DNA of 64,000 bases from an uncultured cyanobacterium (GTDB taxonomy: Bacteria > Cyanobacteriota > Cyanobacteriia > Cyanobacteriales > Nostocaceae): positions 2,272,001 to 2,336,000 of the forward strand of contig OY970166.1 in assembly GCA_963706595.1 (NCBI GenBank), written 5' to 3'. The notes below the pieces were generated by a model. That model searched no databases. It worked only from the letters and a program-made list of their open reading frames with translations, and was not told the DNA's origin. The position numbers and the translations under genes were made by a program. Each line of letters begins with the position of its first letter. Within the stretch, counting starts at the first letter, position 1. This document shows positions 51,917-63,585 of the stretch, in pieces.

Positions 51917-52699
51917 CTAGCCAGCCACCTGAATCGGACCATCCACACTACCACTAATAAATTGTCTAATTAAGGGATCTTCTGTGCTATCTATATCACT
52001 AACTCTACCTTGCCACTGTACTTTACCTTGATAAAGAAACACTAATCTATCAGTTGTACGGCGAATGGTACTATCTTGGTGCGTCACAATGGCATAAGTG
52101 CTACAGACTCCTTGTGTCAATTGTAACTCACGAATTAAATCTTCTATGACTGTGGAGGCAATGGGGTCAAGTCCGGCGGTGGGTTCATCGTATAGTAAAA
52201 CTTCTGGACCTTCTGTGAGATTATCAGGGTTAGAGATAATTGCTCTAGCAAAACTCACCCGTTTTCGCATTCCCCCGGATAGTTCAGATGGGTACAGATG
52301 GCTAATTCCCGACAAACCGACCATTTCTAATTTTTCTTTAACTATTTCTTGGATACGCGATCGCGGTATCTTGGAATGTTGATACAGTAAAAAACCCACA
52401 TTTTCATCCACAGTCAAAGAATCAAATAAAGCCGCCTGTTGAAACACCATCCCAATCCCAATGGGATCAGCACTATCCTCAATTAACCCATCTCGCCGTA
52501 CCCCTTGGATATAAATTTCTCCGCTATCGGGAGCCAATAATCCGGCAATAATTCGTAAAACCGTTGATTTACCAGTGCCTGAAGGTCCAATAATTCCGAC
52601 TGCTTCTCCCTGGTAAATCGTCAAATCCACATTATCTAAAACTTTATTGCTACCAAAGGATTTAGAAATGCCTTTCAGTTCAATTAATGGTTCATTCAT
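51917..52699 (-). CDS. MlaF/Tgd3-like ABC ATPase
   Basis: GPSGTGKS, LFDSLTV, LSGGMRKR, YDEPTAGLDP. Confidence 0.92.
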   Translation of the reverse strand: MNEPLIELKGISKSFGSNKVLDNVDLTIYQGEAVGIIGPSGTGKSTVLRIIAGLLAPDSGEIYIQGVRRDGLIEDSADPIGIGMVFQQAALFDSLTVDENVGFLLYQHSKIPRSRIQEIVKEKLEMVGLSGISHLYPSELSGGMRKRVSFARAIISNPDNLTEGPEVLLYDEPTAGLDPIASTVIEDLIRELQLTQGVCSTYAIVTHQDSTIRRTTDRLVFLYQGKVQWQGRVSDIDSTEDPLIRQFISGSVDGPIQVAG

Positions 52700-52773
52700 T
52701 AGTCATTAGCCCTTCGACTACGCTCAGGGTAAATCATTGGTCATTGGTCATTTTAGTCGTTAGTCATTAAAAT

Positions 52774-54309
52774 ATGAACTCAGCACTCAATACTCAGCAG
52801 TCTCAAGATGTCATCGTAATTGGTAGCGGTATTGGCGGGTTATGCGCTGCGGGTTTACTGGCTCGTTATGGTAAGCGGGTAATTGTGTGTGAAAGCCACG
52901 CAATTCCCGGCGGTGCAGCCCATAGTTTTAGACGAAGAGGATTTGAATTTGATTCTGGCCCCTCTTTTTATTGTGGTCTTACAGATCCTCAGAGTTTGAA
53001 TCCTGTAACACAAGTTCTTAAAGTTCTAGGCGAATCTCTCCAAGTTATCCCCTATGATCCATTAGGACACTACCATTTTCCTGAAGCCATTTTTGCAGTT
53101 TATGGCCATGCTGAGAAGTACCTTAATGAACTGCATAAAATTACGCCCCAAGGTGCTAAAGAATTCCAACAATTTGCCGAACGCTTATTAAAGCTATACG
53201 AGGGGATGAAAGGCATTCCCACTCTAGCTTTGAGAGCAGATTGGCAGGTGATTTTAGTCTTGATGACACGTTATTTTTCATCTTTAACGAAAATGTTACC
53301 TAACTTACCCCTTGTTCAATCTTCTGTGGGCAATGTCATGGATGCTACAGTTAAAGACCCTTGGGTACGTCGGCTCATTGACCTGGAATGCTTTTTATTA
53401 TCTGGTTTAAAGGCACACGGCACAATTGCCCCAGAGGTAGCGTTTATGTTAGGTGAACGCTCTCGTGCTGGAGTTGAGTATCCTGTGGGCGGAAGTGGTG
53501 CAATTGTCAATGCTTTGGTGAGGGGTTTAGAACGCTGGGGTGGTAAGTTACGCCTGGGGTGTCATGTAGACCAAATTCTGGTGGAATCGGGTAAAGCTGT
53601 GGGTGTAAAGTTGCAAAATGGTGAAATTCTCCAAGCACCGATAGTCATTTCTAATGCGACGATTTGGGATACTTACAATCACCTATTACGCCCTGAAGAT
53701 TTACCTGCATCATATCGGCAAGTTGCATTAGAAACACCCGCCGTTGATAGCTTTATGCATTTACACTTAGGTATCCGGGCAAATGGTTTAGAAAATTTGA
53801 CGGGACATCATGTAGTAGTGCATGATTCAAATCAAGATATCAGCGTACCGGGTAATACTTGCATGATTTCCATTCCCAGTGTGTGGGATGCAACTTTAGC
53901 CCCAGAGGGACATCATGTGGTTCATGCTTACACTCTCGAACCTTATGCAGGATGGGAACGAAATGATGGGTATGAAGCTAGGAAACAAGAGAAAGCGCAA
54001 TCTTTATATCGGGCTTTAGAGCGAGTTATCCCAGATATTCGTGAGCGTGTGATGTTGGAACTGATTGGAACACCGCTAACTCATGCTCATTATTTACGGC
54101 GATATCAGGGAACTTATGGACCGGCTATAGTTGCGGGTCAGGGGATGTTTCCTGGTACGCAAACACCGATAAAGGGTTTGTATCGTGTGGGTGATAGTAC
54201 TATGCCGGGAATTGGTGTACCTGCGGTAGCTGCTTCGGGGATTTTGTGTGCTAATAGTTTGGTGAATGTGGAGCAAACGGCAGAGTTATTAGAAAATTTC
54301 AACTATTGA
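52774..54309 (+). CDS. FAD-dependent phytoene desaturase/carotene isomerase-like oxidoreductase
   Basis: IGSGIGG, FDSGPS, GTPLTH, GDSTMPGIGVPAVAASG. Confidence 0.85.
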   Translation: MNSALNTQQSQDVIVIGSGIGGLCAAGLLARYGKRVIVCESHAIPGGAAHSFRRRGFEFDSGPSFYCGLTDPQSLNPVTQVLKVLGESLQVIPYDPLGHYHFPEAIFAVYGHAEKYLNELHKITPQGAKEFQQFAERLLKLYEGMKGIPTLALRADWQVILVLMTRYFSSLTKMLPNLPLVQSSVGNVMDATVKDPWVRRLIDLECFLLSGLKAHGTIAPEVAFMLGERSRAGVEYPVGGSGAIVNALVRGLERWGGKLRLGCHVDQILVESGKAVGVKLQNGEILQAPIVISNATIWDTYNHLLRPEDLPASYRQVALETPAVDSFMHLHLGIRANGLENLTGHHVVVHDSNQDISVPGNTCMISIPSVWDATLAPEGHHVVHAYTLEPYAGWERNDGYEARKQEKAQSLYRALERVIPDIRERVMLELIGTPLTHAHYLRRYQGTYGPAIVAGQGMFPGTQTPIKGLYRVGDSTMPGIGVPAVAASGILCANSLVNVEQTAELLENFNY

Positions 54310-54458
54310 TTACATCCCTGTATTTATAAGGATTTGAAACATAATTGCAGACGTTTCAAGTTAACCCAGCTAGTACCGTTAGCCGAGCGGTGATTTCAAG
54401 GAAAAATACTATAATTTGCTTAAAGCTTAACTTATCGTACTCCTGAAACATCCCTAAA

Positions 54459-55508
54459 ATGATAGAAGTATCGCTCAAGGTATTCTGTTCCTACTCTCAC
54501 AAAGACGAACTTCTACGGAAAGAACTAGAAAACCATCTGAGTGTTTTCACAGACCAGGGTAAAATTTCACTCTGGCATGATGGCATAATAACGGCAGGGG
54601 CAGTGTGGGATCAGGAAATTAAAGATAATCTCAATACAGCCGATATAATTTTGTTGCTTGTGAGTTCTGATTTTATGGCTTCCCTATACTGCCGGAAAGT
54701 TGAGGTAACAAAGGCAATAGAACGTCACAATCAAGGAGATGCTTGTGTTATTCCCATTATTTTGCGAAGGGTTGTATGGGAATATGCACCATTTGCTTGC
54801 ATTCAGGGTTTGCCAAAGGATATGCAAAATAATATCTTACCTGTAACATCATGGGCTGACCAAGACGCTGCATTTACTAATGTAGCTAAGGGATTTTGGA
54901 ATGCGGCTGAGAAATTGATTGGGGCGCGTCAACAAAAACTCAACCAGCAAGAAGAAACTGAAAGGCTACAAAGACTACGAGAACAAGAAGAAGCCGATAG
55001 GCGGCGACGAGAACAGCAACCACCAAGACAGAAAATTGATGATTTGAGTTCTGATAAAGGTGTAGACTATACGCGGTTGCGAGATTTGCTCAAAGATGGA
55101 GAGTGGAAAGAAGCAGACCAAGAAACTCTGAAAGTGATGCTAAAAGCTGCTAAGAGAGAAAAAGAAGGCTGGCTTGATATCGATTCAATTGAACAATTTC
55201 CCTGCACAGACTTACGCACTATTGACCAACTTTGGGTAAAATATAGCAATGGGCGTTTTGGGTTTAGTGTACAAAAGCGTGTCTGGGAAAGTGTGGGTGG
55301 AAATCCCAATGGGGATTTAGGAACTTGGTACGATTTCGGCGAGCGCGTGGGCTGGAGAAAGAGAGGATTTAATCTTGAGGAAAATTGGAGAGATTATAAT
55401 GAACTGATCTTCAACGTACAAGCTCCCAAAGGACATCTCCCCGTTAGCGTCGTCTCGGAATATTTAGCGCTAGACTATTTCTCTCGCGTCGAGACTTGTA
55501 AGCTGTAA
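54459..55508 (+). CDS. TIR domain + coiled coil + GUN4-like domain protein
   Basis: VFCSYSHKD, LLVSSDF..S.YC...E; VDYTRLRDLL..WKEAD, IDQLW.KYS.GRFGFSVQ, APKGHLP. Confidence 0.88.
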   Translation: MIEVSLKVFCSYSHKDELLRKELENHLSVFTDQGKISLWHDGIITAGAVWDQEIKDNLNTADIILLLVSSDFMASLYCRKVEVTKAIERHNQGDACVIPIILRRVVWEYAPFACIQGLPKDMQNNILPVTSWADQDAAFTNVAKGFWNAAEKLIGARQQKLNQQEETERLQRLREQEEADRRRREQQPPRQKIDDLSSDKGVDYTRLRDLLKDGEWKEADQETLKVMLKAAKREKEGWLDIDSIEQFPCTDLRTIDQLWVKYSNGRFGFSVQKRVWESVGGNPNGDLGTWYDFGERVGWRKRGFNLEENWRDYNELIFNVQAPKGHLPVSVVSEYLALDYFSRVETCKL

Positions 55509-55518
55509 TATATAAGGC

Positions 55519-55758
55519 TTACAAAAAATTGTAAAGATTCCTAAACAAGTCATTTTCTACGAAGTATTGCAGGTTCCACGTTTCCGATAGCTGGCACTGC
55601 TGCTTTCCCCACGTTGCTTGTTTTGCTTGTAGTATGCCGTCAGTAACTTGCGGGTTATAACAATTAGCCAAGATAAACTGAGATGCTACTTTTTCTACTT
55701 CTTCGTTAGTCGCTTCCCATTCATCCCAAGGTAGTCTAACTTTTTTATCAAAGTAAAT
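55519..55758 (-). pseudogene. Start-less open frame, probable gene remnant
   Basis: 79 sense codons between stops (IYFDKKVRLPWDEWEATNEE...). Confidence 0.35.
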
Positions 55759-55870
55759 TTAAAATAATTATTTTCCAAATGTTTAATTTTATTCTCTAAA
55801 ATAGATATATCTTAGTGTTCCTATTTGATAAAACTAAGAACACAGATTTAACGTTAATAAATTTTGCTGT

Positions 55871-56110
55871 ATGAAAATTAAAGGTATAAAGCGCAAGAAC
55901 ACCATAGAACTATTTCAGGAAATAAAAATTCCTGATGGTCAACAAATAGTGATTGAAATTATACAGGAAGAACCTAAAAAAAATGGAATTAGTGAGTCTC
56001 AGTTCTGGCAATCACTAGAAAATTTTCGCCAAGAACAAGAATTAGAAATAGAACCAGAAGTTTTTGCCAATGTGAGAGATACTTCACCAGGACGTGAGGT
56101 AAACTGGTGA
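55871..56110 (+). CDS. Putative antitoxin (VapB position)
   Basis: 79 aa, GTGA overlap with downstream PIN gene. Confidence 0.7.
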   Translation: MKIKGIKRKNTIELFQEIKIPDGQQIVIEIIQEEPKKNGISESQFWQSLENFRQEQELEIEPEVFANVRDTSPGREVNW

Positions 56111-56526
56111 GTCTGCGCTTTTTATTAGATACTAATGTTTTCTCTGAGCCATTGCGCCCAATTCCTAACTCGAATGTTATGGAAATGCTACGACAGCATG
56201 AAAATGAAATAGCTACAGCAACTGTTGTCTATCATGAAATACTTTTCGGGTCTTATCGTCTTCCAGATTCAAAAAAACGTCGAACTATAGAAAAATATCT
56301 CCAAGAAGTAATTCAGCCTAATATACCTATACTGCCGTATGATAATAACGCTGCTGAATGGCACGCTTTAGAAAGAGCGCGTTTGGTGGCTATTGGCAAA
56401 ACACCATCATTTCCAGATGGTCAAATTGCTGCAATTGCTCATGTTAATGATCTAATTCTTATTACTAATAATGTATCAGATTATGCTGATTTTAGCCAAC
56501 TTCAAATCGATAACTGGTTTCTATAA
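56107..56526 (+). CDS. vapC: VapC/PIN-domain toxin
   Basis: LLDTNVFSE, HEI, DGQIAAIA, LITNN..D. Confidence 0.9.
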   Translation: MSLRFLLDTNVFSEPLRPIPNSNVMEMLRQHENEIATATVVYHEILFGSYRLPDSKKRRTIEKYLQEVIQPNIPILPYDNNAAEWHALERARLVAIGKTPSFPDGQIAAIAHVNDLILITNNVSDYADFSQLQIDNWFL

Positions 56527-56606
56527 GCTACTTTGACGACCTGATACTTAAGACTATAACGAAGTCAGTATTCTTGTGAAATTAAACTGAGAATTGAAAC
56601 GAGTAT

Positions 56607-57242
56607 TTACATCTGACAAATGGCTTTTAAAACTTGTAAGAGTTCAACTGCACGGGGAGGTTCCATAAAATTTAATAATGGCATCAAGTGATAAATGGGA
56701 GGATTACCCTGTTCAATATAAACAAATTGATAAGCTCTACCATTAGTTGTTAAACCCCAGACTGATGTTTGATTATTTAAATTTTTATAAGCGTAAGTGA
56801 GTAGTTGAGGTAAGCCTGTTGATATATCAATTTGACTATTTTTTGATTCAATTAAAAGTATCCAGAAATATACTTGAGATTTAGTATTTTTAGCTTTACT
56901 AATAGCTAAAATATCCATCCTGCCTTTAATTGTGGTATCTTCATCTTCAACCTCAATATCAGCAATATCTTCTTCTAGGCGAATCTCGATAGGATAGCGA
57001 TAAAATCCAGCTAATCTCAGCAAGGGTGCAAGTACAAGAAATTTCACCTGTCCTTCTGAAACTTTCCCGGATTTCAGGTAACGTTGAAAGTCATCTCTAA
57101 TTTGTAGAAGTTCTTGGTGTTCTGCTTCTAGCAGAGGTTCCAGGGATAACAGGTGAGAAAATGATTCACTGTACTGTTCTTGAAAGCCAAACAGACGCTG
57201 TACATTTTCTAGAGATAAATTACTAGCATTGAGAATTGTCAT
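56607..57242 (-). CDS. HsdR N-terminal-like PD-(D/E)xK protein (cyanobacterial family)
   Basis: GRMDIL...IESK...PQLLTY, WGLTTNG. Confidence 0.75.
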   Translation of the reverse strand: MTILNASNLSLENVQRLFGFQEQYSESFSHLLSLEPLLEAEHQELLQIRDDFQRYLKSGKVSEGQVKFLVLAPLLRLAGFYRYPIEIRLEEDIADIEVEDEDTTIKGRMDILAISKAKNTKSQVYFWILLIESKNSQIDISTGLPQLLTYAYKNLNNQTSVWGLTTNGRAYQFVYIEQGNPPIYHLMPLLNFMEPPRAVELLQVLKAICQM

Positions 57243-57305
57243 TGATTTTTGCTCACATCCAGCAAAAAATATTTCATTACATTAATATTACTCGCTACAC
57301 CCTCT

Positions 57306-57896
57306 TTAATGTTGATGCACTTTTTCTAGTAACCAGATAGAAGCAACCGTACCGACAAAATGAGCCGCAATACCATTGATGTTAGCTACTACTATAAACA
57401 CATCCAGCGCTCGAATAATCTTGTTGGGGTCAGTAATTGCTACTCCTGGGGGTTGAGATACAGCTTTTGCTACTAACACACTGACGCTGATTCCTGCGCC
57501 TAAAATGGTGATGAGTATTCCTATTAAACTCAGCAGAATACCCATGCGAATGGTTCTGGTTGTATCGGCTTTACTAGGATGCAGAGTAGGATTAATATTG
57601 CCTAAGCGTCTACCTATGCGAGTGTAACGAAAATCCCAAAATACGCTAAAGAGTAATAATAAGATGCCAATTATAGCCCAAATTACACCAATTCCTAAGC
57701 CTGGATTCGGTTGGTTAGCAAAATTGCGACCAGTAGAGGCAAATAATAACAATAAGCCAGAAACCAGCGCTAATGCCAATTGTACCCACAACAGAACCCA
57801 CCCTGTGAGACGAATTTGATGGGCAATTTTAGGTATTCTATTTCTATTATGGTGTGATGTTGCTAGAGATGATCGCGATTCTGTTTCTGGTTCCAT
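57306..57896 (-). CDS. DUF3611-like membrane protein
   Basis: GW...W.QL.L, IRALDVFIVVAN...AHF. Confidence 0.75.
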   Translation of the reverse strand: MEPETESRSSLATSHHNRNRIPKIAHQIRLTGWVLLWVQLALALVSGLLLLFASTGRNFANQPNPGLGIGVIWAIIGILLLLFSVFWDFRYTRIGRRLGNINPTLHPSKADTTRTIRMGILLSLIGILITILGAGISVSVLVAKAVSQPPGVAITDPNKIIRALDVFIVVANINGIAAHFVGTVASIWLLEKVHQH

Positions 57897-58112
57897 ATTA
57901 ATTTTAGTTGTCCCCATAGTAAATAATATTTGCACTGCCCTAACTCATGCACCCACCCACAGACCGAATTACCGCAAAATCTTGAGGAATAGATTAAATC
58001 TGTGAACAGTTATCAAACTCCAGGATGATGATAAATCAGTCAAAAATTGACATAATACTTCTAGAAAACGTGATATTTAAAAATATGCAGCTAATGGCAA
58101 AGAATAAACAGC

Positions 58113-58586
58113 ATGATTAAATCGTGGATGGTAATTGGGGGTGTGGCTTTTGTAATTGCTTTGGCGGCTAATTTGATTACGCCAAGTGGTATCCAGTGGT
58201 TTAAGCGCTTACAAAGACCAAGATGGTTAACTTTTGAAGGGGCGATTCCGATTATTTGGACTATAATATTTATTTGTGGTGCTTGGTCAGCTTATATTGT
58301 TTGGGAAAGCAATCCAGGAAATACCACAACTTGGTTATTCATGGGTTTATATCTATTACTAGAAATAGTGACTATCGCCTATACACCTGTCATGTTTCGG
58401 TTGCGTAGTCTGCGGGTAGGGACAATTTTGGGCGGCACAGGTTTTGTGATTTGTCTAATATTAACACTTGCCATTTTACCTGTTTCTACTTCCGCCGCAC
58501 TGTTATTAGTTCCCTATTTGCTATGGAGTCCCATTGGTACTTATACCACCTGGAAAATGATTAGCCTTAATCCTCAAGATGCGTAA
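58113..58586 (+). CDS. TspO/MBR family protein
   Basis: WF.RL.RP.W, IW..I, LLVPYLLW. Confidence 0.88.
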   Translation: MIKSWMVIGGVAFVIALAANLITPSGIQWFKRLQRPRWLTFEGAIPIIWTIIFICGAWSAYIVWESNPGNTTTWLFMGLYLLLEIVTIAYTPVMFRLRSLRVGTILGGTGFVICLILTLAILPVSTSAALLLVPYLLWSPIGTYTTWKMISLNPQDA

Positions 58587-59229
58587 AACTTGCAGGTAAA
58601 TTATCAGCTTTACTCAAAATGAATAAGCTACCATCTCCGCCACGTCCAATTCTGAAATTGTCATCTAAATAAGTAATATCAAGAGTAGGGACTCTACCTT
58701 GGGGACCATTAGCAGGAACTACTTTAAAGGGGTTCAGTTGGGGAGTGTCAAAGCCAAAAATCTTCTGAATGGATAGATAGCGTTTGTCGAAATTTACATT
58801 GATGCGTTGATTCGGTAAAGGCGATAAATTATCTGTAGCTGGTGCAAAACTAGCTGTGACTTTCACATATCCCGAAACTATTCCCAGAGGATGTTTTACA
58901 AAAGCCAAGTTGAAAAATAGTGTATTGGTAACATCAATTACCTGATAAACTTCACCCAACTGTAATCCTAATGGTAGGGAATCTAAAGAACGGATTTCTC
59001 TAGCTGTGGAGTATAGTAATTTCCACGCGCCATTGAGTAGAGAAATAGCATTTAAGAGTGGTTGGGGATGAGGATTGCAGTTTTCGAGTTCTGTAGCCAA
59101 TTGGGCGATTTCTGCGGCTGAGGTTTTGTCTAGCTTCAAATCAGTGAGAGGAGAACTGAGATTGCTTTTGGTTTGCATCTCCTCTAGGGAAGCTTGTAAT
59201 TTTTGCTTTAATGAAAGTGGATTATTCAA
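58567..59229 (-). CDS. PAP/fibrillin family protein
   Basis: LE..NP.P.P, L.G.WKLLYST, LDITYLD..FRIGRG. Confidence 0.9.
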   Translation of the reverse strand: MNNPLSLKQKLQASLEEMQTKSNLSSPLTDLKLDKTSAAEIAQLATELENCNPHPQPLLNAISLLNGAWKLLYSTAREIRSLDSLPLGLQLGEVYQVIDVTNTLFFNLAFVKHPLGIVSGYVKVTASFAPATDNLSPLPNQRINVNFDKRYLSIQKIFGFDTPQLNPFKVVPANGPQGRVPTLDITYLDDNFRIGRGGDGSLFILSKADNLPASFTHLED

Positions 59230-59231
59230 GG

Positions 59232-59942
59232 TTAAAATATTTTCCGACCATAACGTGCAGTTAAAGGATCAGCCGGATTACTTTGATTATACAACCAAGC
59301 CCACATCTGATCACCAAAGGAAAAATGCCACCATTCTCTAGGGTTGCGTTGAAACCCAGCTTTTAACATCACATCATGTAATAATTGCCGATGAGCGTGA
59401 TATTGTGGTGCATCTGGGTGCTGACTATTGGCATAATAATGGGGATGCGATCGCTCTGACAATTCATCAATGGGCGAACCCATATCAACTATTTCCCCAG
59501 CATCGTTTACCAGCGTCACATCAACAGCAGCACCTGTACTGTGAGGAGGGGGAGTTTTTTCATCGAAACTGGGTACAGCCCAAATTTCATAAACCGACTC
59601 CCAAATTTCTTGGCGTTGCTTGGGTGATAACTCCGCCTCAGTCAAACCCTGCTGTTGTAAAGCTTGTGCAAAACTGTAATCTACCATAAACTGTTGTACA
59701 GCCACAGGGCGATAAGCATCAAAGATTTGGATATACCAATGAGGATGCAGTTCTTGTAGGTAATTTTGAGCTTGAATTAAATTTTTTACCACACTGTCGC
59801 GCAAATAATAAGGTGAATATTCCCCATATTTCGCACCGAGTTTTGCATAAGGATGGGGAGATTCCACTGCAAATAATTCCAAAGGAATCTGCACCAGCAA
59901 TTCACCACATTCAACGATAGGTATTTGGTGATAAGGTCTCAT
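59232..59942 (-). CDS. D-alanyl-D-alanine dipeptidase (M15/VanX-like)
   Basis: FDAYRP, PHSTGAAVD, EWWHF. Confidence 0.92.
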   Translation of the reverse strand: MRPYHQIPIVECGELLVQIPLELFAVESPHPYAKLGAKYGEYSPYYLRDSVVKNLIQAQNYLQELHPHWYIQIFDAYRPVAVQQFMVDYSFAQALQQQGLTEAELSPKQRQEIWESVYEIWAVPSFDEKTPPPHSTGAAVDVTLVNDAGEIVDMGSPIDELSERSHPHYYANSQHPDAPQYHAHRQLLHDVMLKAGFQRNPREWWHFSFGDQMWAWLYNQSNPADPLTARYGRKIF

Positions 59943-60054
59943 AGTAATTTATAATTCGTAATTCGTAATTCGTAGCTGATGGAATTTTTTACCGTCTGCA
60001 TAGGCTTTAAATTCCCCCTCCTCGCTTGCGGGGAGGGGGTTAGGGGGTGGGGTT

Positions 60055-63000
60055 CTACGCGCTAAAGTACTTCGCTACTGGGTGATAAGCAATAATCGCC
60101 GTTGTAGACTGTTCTGGATAAATTTGCTCACTTTCATCCATATACAGATTAATTCTGTCAGCCTCCAACAAATCCAACTGCTTATACTGATCCTGCATAT
60201 TCGGACAAGCCGGATAGCCAAAACTATACCGCGAACCTTGATAACGCTGTGCCAAAATATCCCGAATATTATCCGGTTCATCAGCACCAAAACCCAACTC
60301 TCGACGAATCCTGGCGTGAGTCCATTCCGCTAGAGCCTCAGCTACCTGCACAGCTAAACCGTGGAAATACAGATAATCTGTGTACTGATTATTAGCAAAC
60401 AACTTCTGAGCAAACTCCGTCGCAATTTCCCCCACAGTCACCGCCTGCATCGGGAAGACATCAATTACCCCCGACTCCTTCGGCGCAAAGTAATCTGCAA
60501 TACACAACCTTCTCAAAGACCTCTGCCGGGGAAACTCAAAACTGGCTCTTACCTCTGCGTTCTCTGCGCCTCTGTGGTTCGTCGGATCATAAACATACAA
60601 AGTATTCCCCTCAGACTGACAGGGAAAATACCCATAAACCACCTGCGGATGTAACAGATTTTCCTCAATTACCCTTTGCTTCCAACCCTCCAAAATGGGA
60701 TATACCTTCTCAGCCAAAAATGCCTGATATTCCTCCTTAGACTGTTCCTTCGGCTTGCGAAACTGCCATTGTCCAGCAATCAAAGCTTGCAAATCCAAAT
60801 GCCAAAGTATTTCCTCAATGGGAATATCGTCAGGCTTTAACAACTGACTTCCCCAGAAAGGCGGCGTAGGACGTTGAATATCTACCGCCACAGCTTCAGA
60901 ACGGCGGGTATCAATGGGGACTGGAGTCTGGGGAGTGGGGGCTTCTTCCGTAATCACTTCGCTGGTAATTTCGGCTTCTTCTGCTACTTCATCCAAAAAT
61001 CCCTGGAAATCATCCCAGTTACTACCAGCCTTGGCTGGCATTAATTTATCCATGAAGTGTAAATCAGAAAAAGCATCCTTACCATAAACTACCTTACCCT
61101 TATAGGTGTTTTGGCAATCTTGATGCACAAACTTAGGAGTTAACGCCGCACCACCTAGAATTACAGGAACGGTAATTCCCTTTTCGTTAAACGCTTGCAA
61201 ATTGTCCTTCATAAAAGCAGTGGACTTCACCAACAACCCACTCATGGCGATACAATCGGCTTTATGCTCTTCATAAGCTTGGATAATATTTTCCACCGGC
61301 TGCTTAATGCCGAGATTAATCACCCTGTAACCGTTGTTAGTGAGGATAATATCCACCAAGTTTTTACCAATGTCATGGACATCACCTTTAACTGTGGCAA
61401 TAATAAAGGTTCCTTTGCCATTGCTATCAGTTTCTGACTTTTCCATGAATGGTTCGAGATATGCAACCGCCGTTTTCATGGTTTCCGCAGACTGCAAGAC
61501 AAAAGGTAGTTGCATTTGTCCTGAACCGAATAATTCCCCTACAACTTTCATCCCATCCAGAAGAAATGTGTTTATAATCTGTAAGGGCGGATACTGTTCT
61601 AAAGCTGTTGTCAGGAGTTTCTCTAAACCAATGCGTTCGCCGTCGATGATATGACGTTTGAGACGTTCTTCTAGGGGGAGACTTTCATCAACACCTTTGT
61701 CGCGTTTGGTTGTTACCCCTTCAAATAATGTGGTAAGTTCTCCTAAAGGATCATAAACGCAGACATCACCATCAAATTTTCGGCGGTCATAAATCAAATC
61801 GAGACAAACTTTTTGATGCTTGTCTTCAATTTTAGAGAGTGGTAAAATCTTGTTAGGGCTAACAATTGCCGCATCCATTCCAGCTTGCATGGCTTCATGC
61901 AAAAACATCGAGTTCAGGACAACTCGTGATGCAGGATTTAAACCAAAGGAAATATTCGATATCCCCAAGATTACATGACATCCGGGTAATTCTTGGCGAA
62001 TTCGCTGAATTGACTCAACGGTGGCTTTACCATTGGCTCGGTCTTCTTCAATCCCAGTAGAAATAGGGAGAGCTAAAGTATCAAAGAATATTTCTGTGGG
62101 CGGGATACCATGTTCTACAGCTTGACGATAGGCGCGTTGGGCAATTTGAAACTTTCTCTCGGCTGTCCGTGCCATACCATCTTCATCGATAGTACCAATG
62201 ACTATACCCGCGCCGTGTGTTTTCGCTAAGTCCAAGACTTTCAGAAAACGTGGTTCGCCGTCTTCGTAATTGGTTGAGTTCAGCAAACACTTACCGCCGG
62301 CGACCTTTAAACCCGCCTCCATTTTTTCCCATTCTGTGGAGTCGAGCATTAAGGGCAGTGTAACATTATTGACAATGCGTGAAACCAGTTCGTGCATATC
62401 ATGTACACCGTCACGTCCCACATAATCGACGTTGACATCCAGGATGTGTGCGCCTTCTTTGACTTGCGCCCTGGCCATTGATACCAAGCCGTCCCAGTCT
62501 TCTGCATTCAGCAAATCGCGACACTTTTTGGAACCACTGGCGTTGAGGCGTTCACCGACTATTAAGAAGGAGTTATCTTGGTCGTAAGGCTGAGTGGAAT
62601 AAATTGATGCTGCGGCTGGTTCTAAACTATGCTGTCTGATTTTTGGCTTCAGCGTTTTGGAAATTTCTGTTAATTGTTGAATGTGTTCTGGACGTGTCCC
62701 ACAGCAACCCCCAATCACTTGGACACCCAAATCTTCAACAAAGTGCATTAAAGACATCCGTAATTCCATTGGTGTCAGGCGGTAATGTGCTTGTCCGCCG
62801 ACGTTCTCTGGTAAACCTGCGTTGGGTATACAAGAGACTATGAAAGGTGAATGTTCGGAAAGATATTTGATATGCGGTTTCATTAAGTCTGGCCCTGTGG
62901 CACAGTTTAAACCGAGGATATCTATGGGATATGGGGCTAATATTGTCAGAACAGCGCTGATTTCTGAACCGACTAGCATTGTACCCATGCTTTCCATTGT

Positions 63001-63585
63001 TACAGATACCATTAATGGGCGGCGTTCCCCTTTTTTGGCAAATACTTCTTCTATCCCATTCAATGCGGCTTTGATTTGCAGCACGTCTTGGCAAGTTTCC
63101 ACGAGGAATAAATCCACACCACCATCAAATAGGGCTTCGGCTTGTTCGGCGAAGTTGGCTTTGAGGGTGTCAAAGTCAATGTGTCCCAAGGTGGGGAGTT
63201 TGGTTGTGGGTCCCAGGGAACCGGCGACAAATCTCGGTTTTTCTGGGGTAGAAAATTCGGCGGCGACGCGCTTGGCTATTTCTACGGCTTTTTTGTTGAG
63301 ATAATAGGTTTGGTCTGCTAGGTCGTATTCTGCTAGGACTATGGATGTCGCGCCGAAGGTGTCTGTTTCGATGACATCAGCACCGGCGGCGAGAAAGTCT
63401 CGGTGAACTTTGGCGACGGCTTCGGGGTTGGTGTGGACTAGGTATTCGTTACAACCTTCGTATTGTGGTCCGCCGAAGTCTTCGGCTGTGAGGTTTTGTG
63501 TTTGCAGGTTGGTTCCCATTGCACCGTCAAAGACGAGAACTGGGCGATTTGGACTATGTAAATGTTCTAGGAACGGATGAGTCAT
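60055..63585 (-). CDS. metH: Cobalamin-dependent methionine synthase
   Basis: [28 protein letters not shown]12 motif, [10 protein letters not shown]. Confidence 0.98.
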   Translation of the reverse strand: MTHPFLEHLHSPNRPVLVFDGAMGTNLQTQNLTAEDFGGPQYEGCNEYLVHTNPEAVAKVHRDFLAAGADVIETDTFGATSIVLAEYDLADQTYYLNKKAVEIAKRVAAEFSTPEKPRFVAGSLGPTTKLPTLGHIDFDTLKANFAEQAEALFDGGVDLFLVETCQDVLQIKAALNGIEEVFAKKGERRPLMVSVTMESMGTMLVGSEISAVLTILAPYPIDILGLNCATGPDLMKPHIKYLSEHSPFIVSCIPNAGLPENVGGQAHYRLTPMELRMSLMHFVEDLGVQVIGGCCGTRPEHIQQLTEISKTLKPKIRQHSLEPAAASIYSTQPYDQDNSFLIVGERLNASGSKKCRDLLNAEDWDGLVSMARAQVKEGAHILDVNVDYVGRDGVHDMHELVSRIVNNVTLPLMLDSTEWEKMEAGLKVAGGKCLLNSTNYEDGEPRFLKVLDLAKTHGAGIVIGTIDEDGMARTAERKFQIAQRAYRQAVEHGIPPTEIFFDTLALPISTGIEEDRANGKATVESIQRIRQELPGCHVILGISNISFGLNPASRVVLNSMFLHEAMQAGMDAAIVSPNKILPLSKIEDKHQKVCLDLIYDRRKFDGDVCVYDPLGELTTLFEGVTTKRDKGVDESLPLEERLKRHIIDGERIGLEKLLTTALEQYPPLQIINTFLLDGMKVVGELFGSGQMQLPFVLQSAETMKTAVAYLEPFMEKSETDSNGKGTFIIATVKGDVHDIGKNLVDIILTNNGYRVINLGIKQPVENIIQAYEEHKADCIAMSGLLVKSTAFMKDNLQAFNEKGITVPVILGGAALTPKFVHQDCQNTYKGKVVYGKDAFSDLHFMDKLMPAKAGSNWDDFQGFLDEVAEEAEITSEVITEEAPTPQTPVPIDTRRSEAVAVDIQRPTPPFWGSQLLKPDDIPIEEILWHLDLQALIAGQWQFRKPKEQSKEEYQAFLAEKVYPILEGWKQRVIEENLLHPQVVYGYFPCQSEGNTLYVYDPTNHRGAENAEVRASFEFPRQRSLRRLCIADYFAPKESGVIDVFPMQAVTVGEIATEFAQKLFANNQYTDYLYFHGLAVQVAEALAEWTHARIRRELGFGADEPDNIRDILAQRYQGSRYSFGYPACPNMQDQYKQLDLLEADRINLYMDESEQIYPEQSTTAIIAYHPVAKYFSA

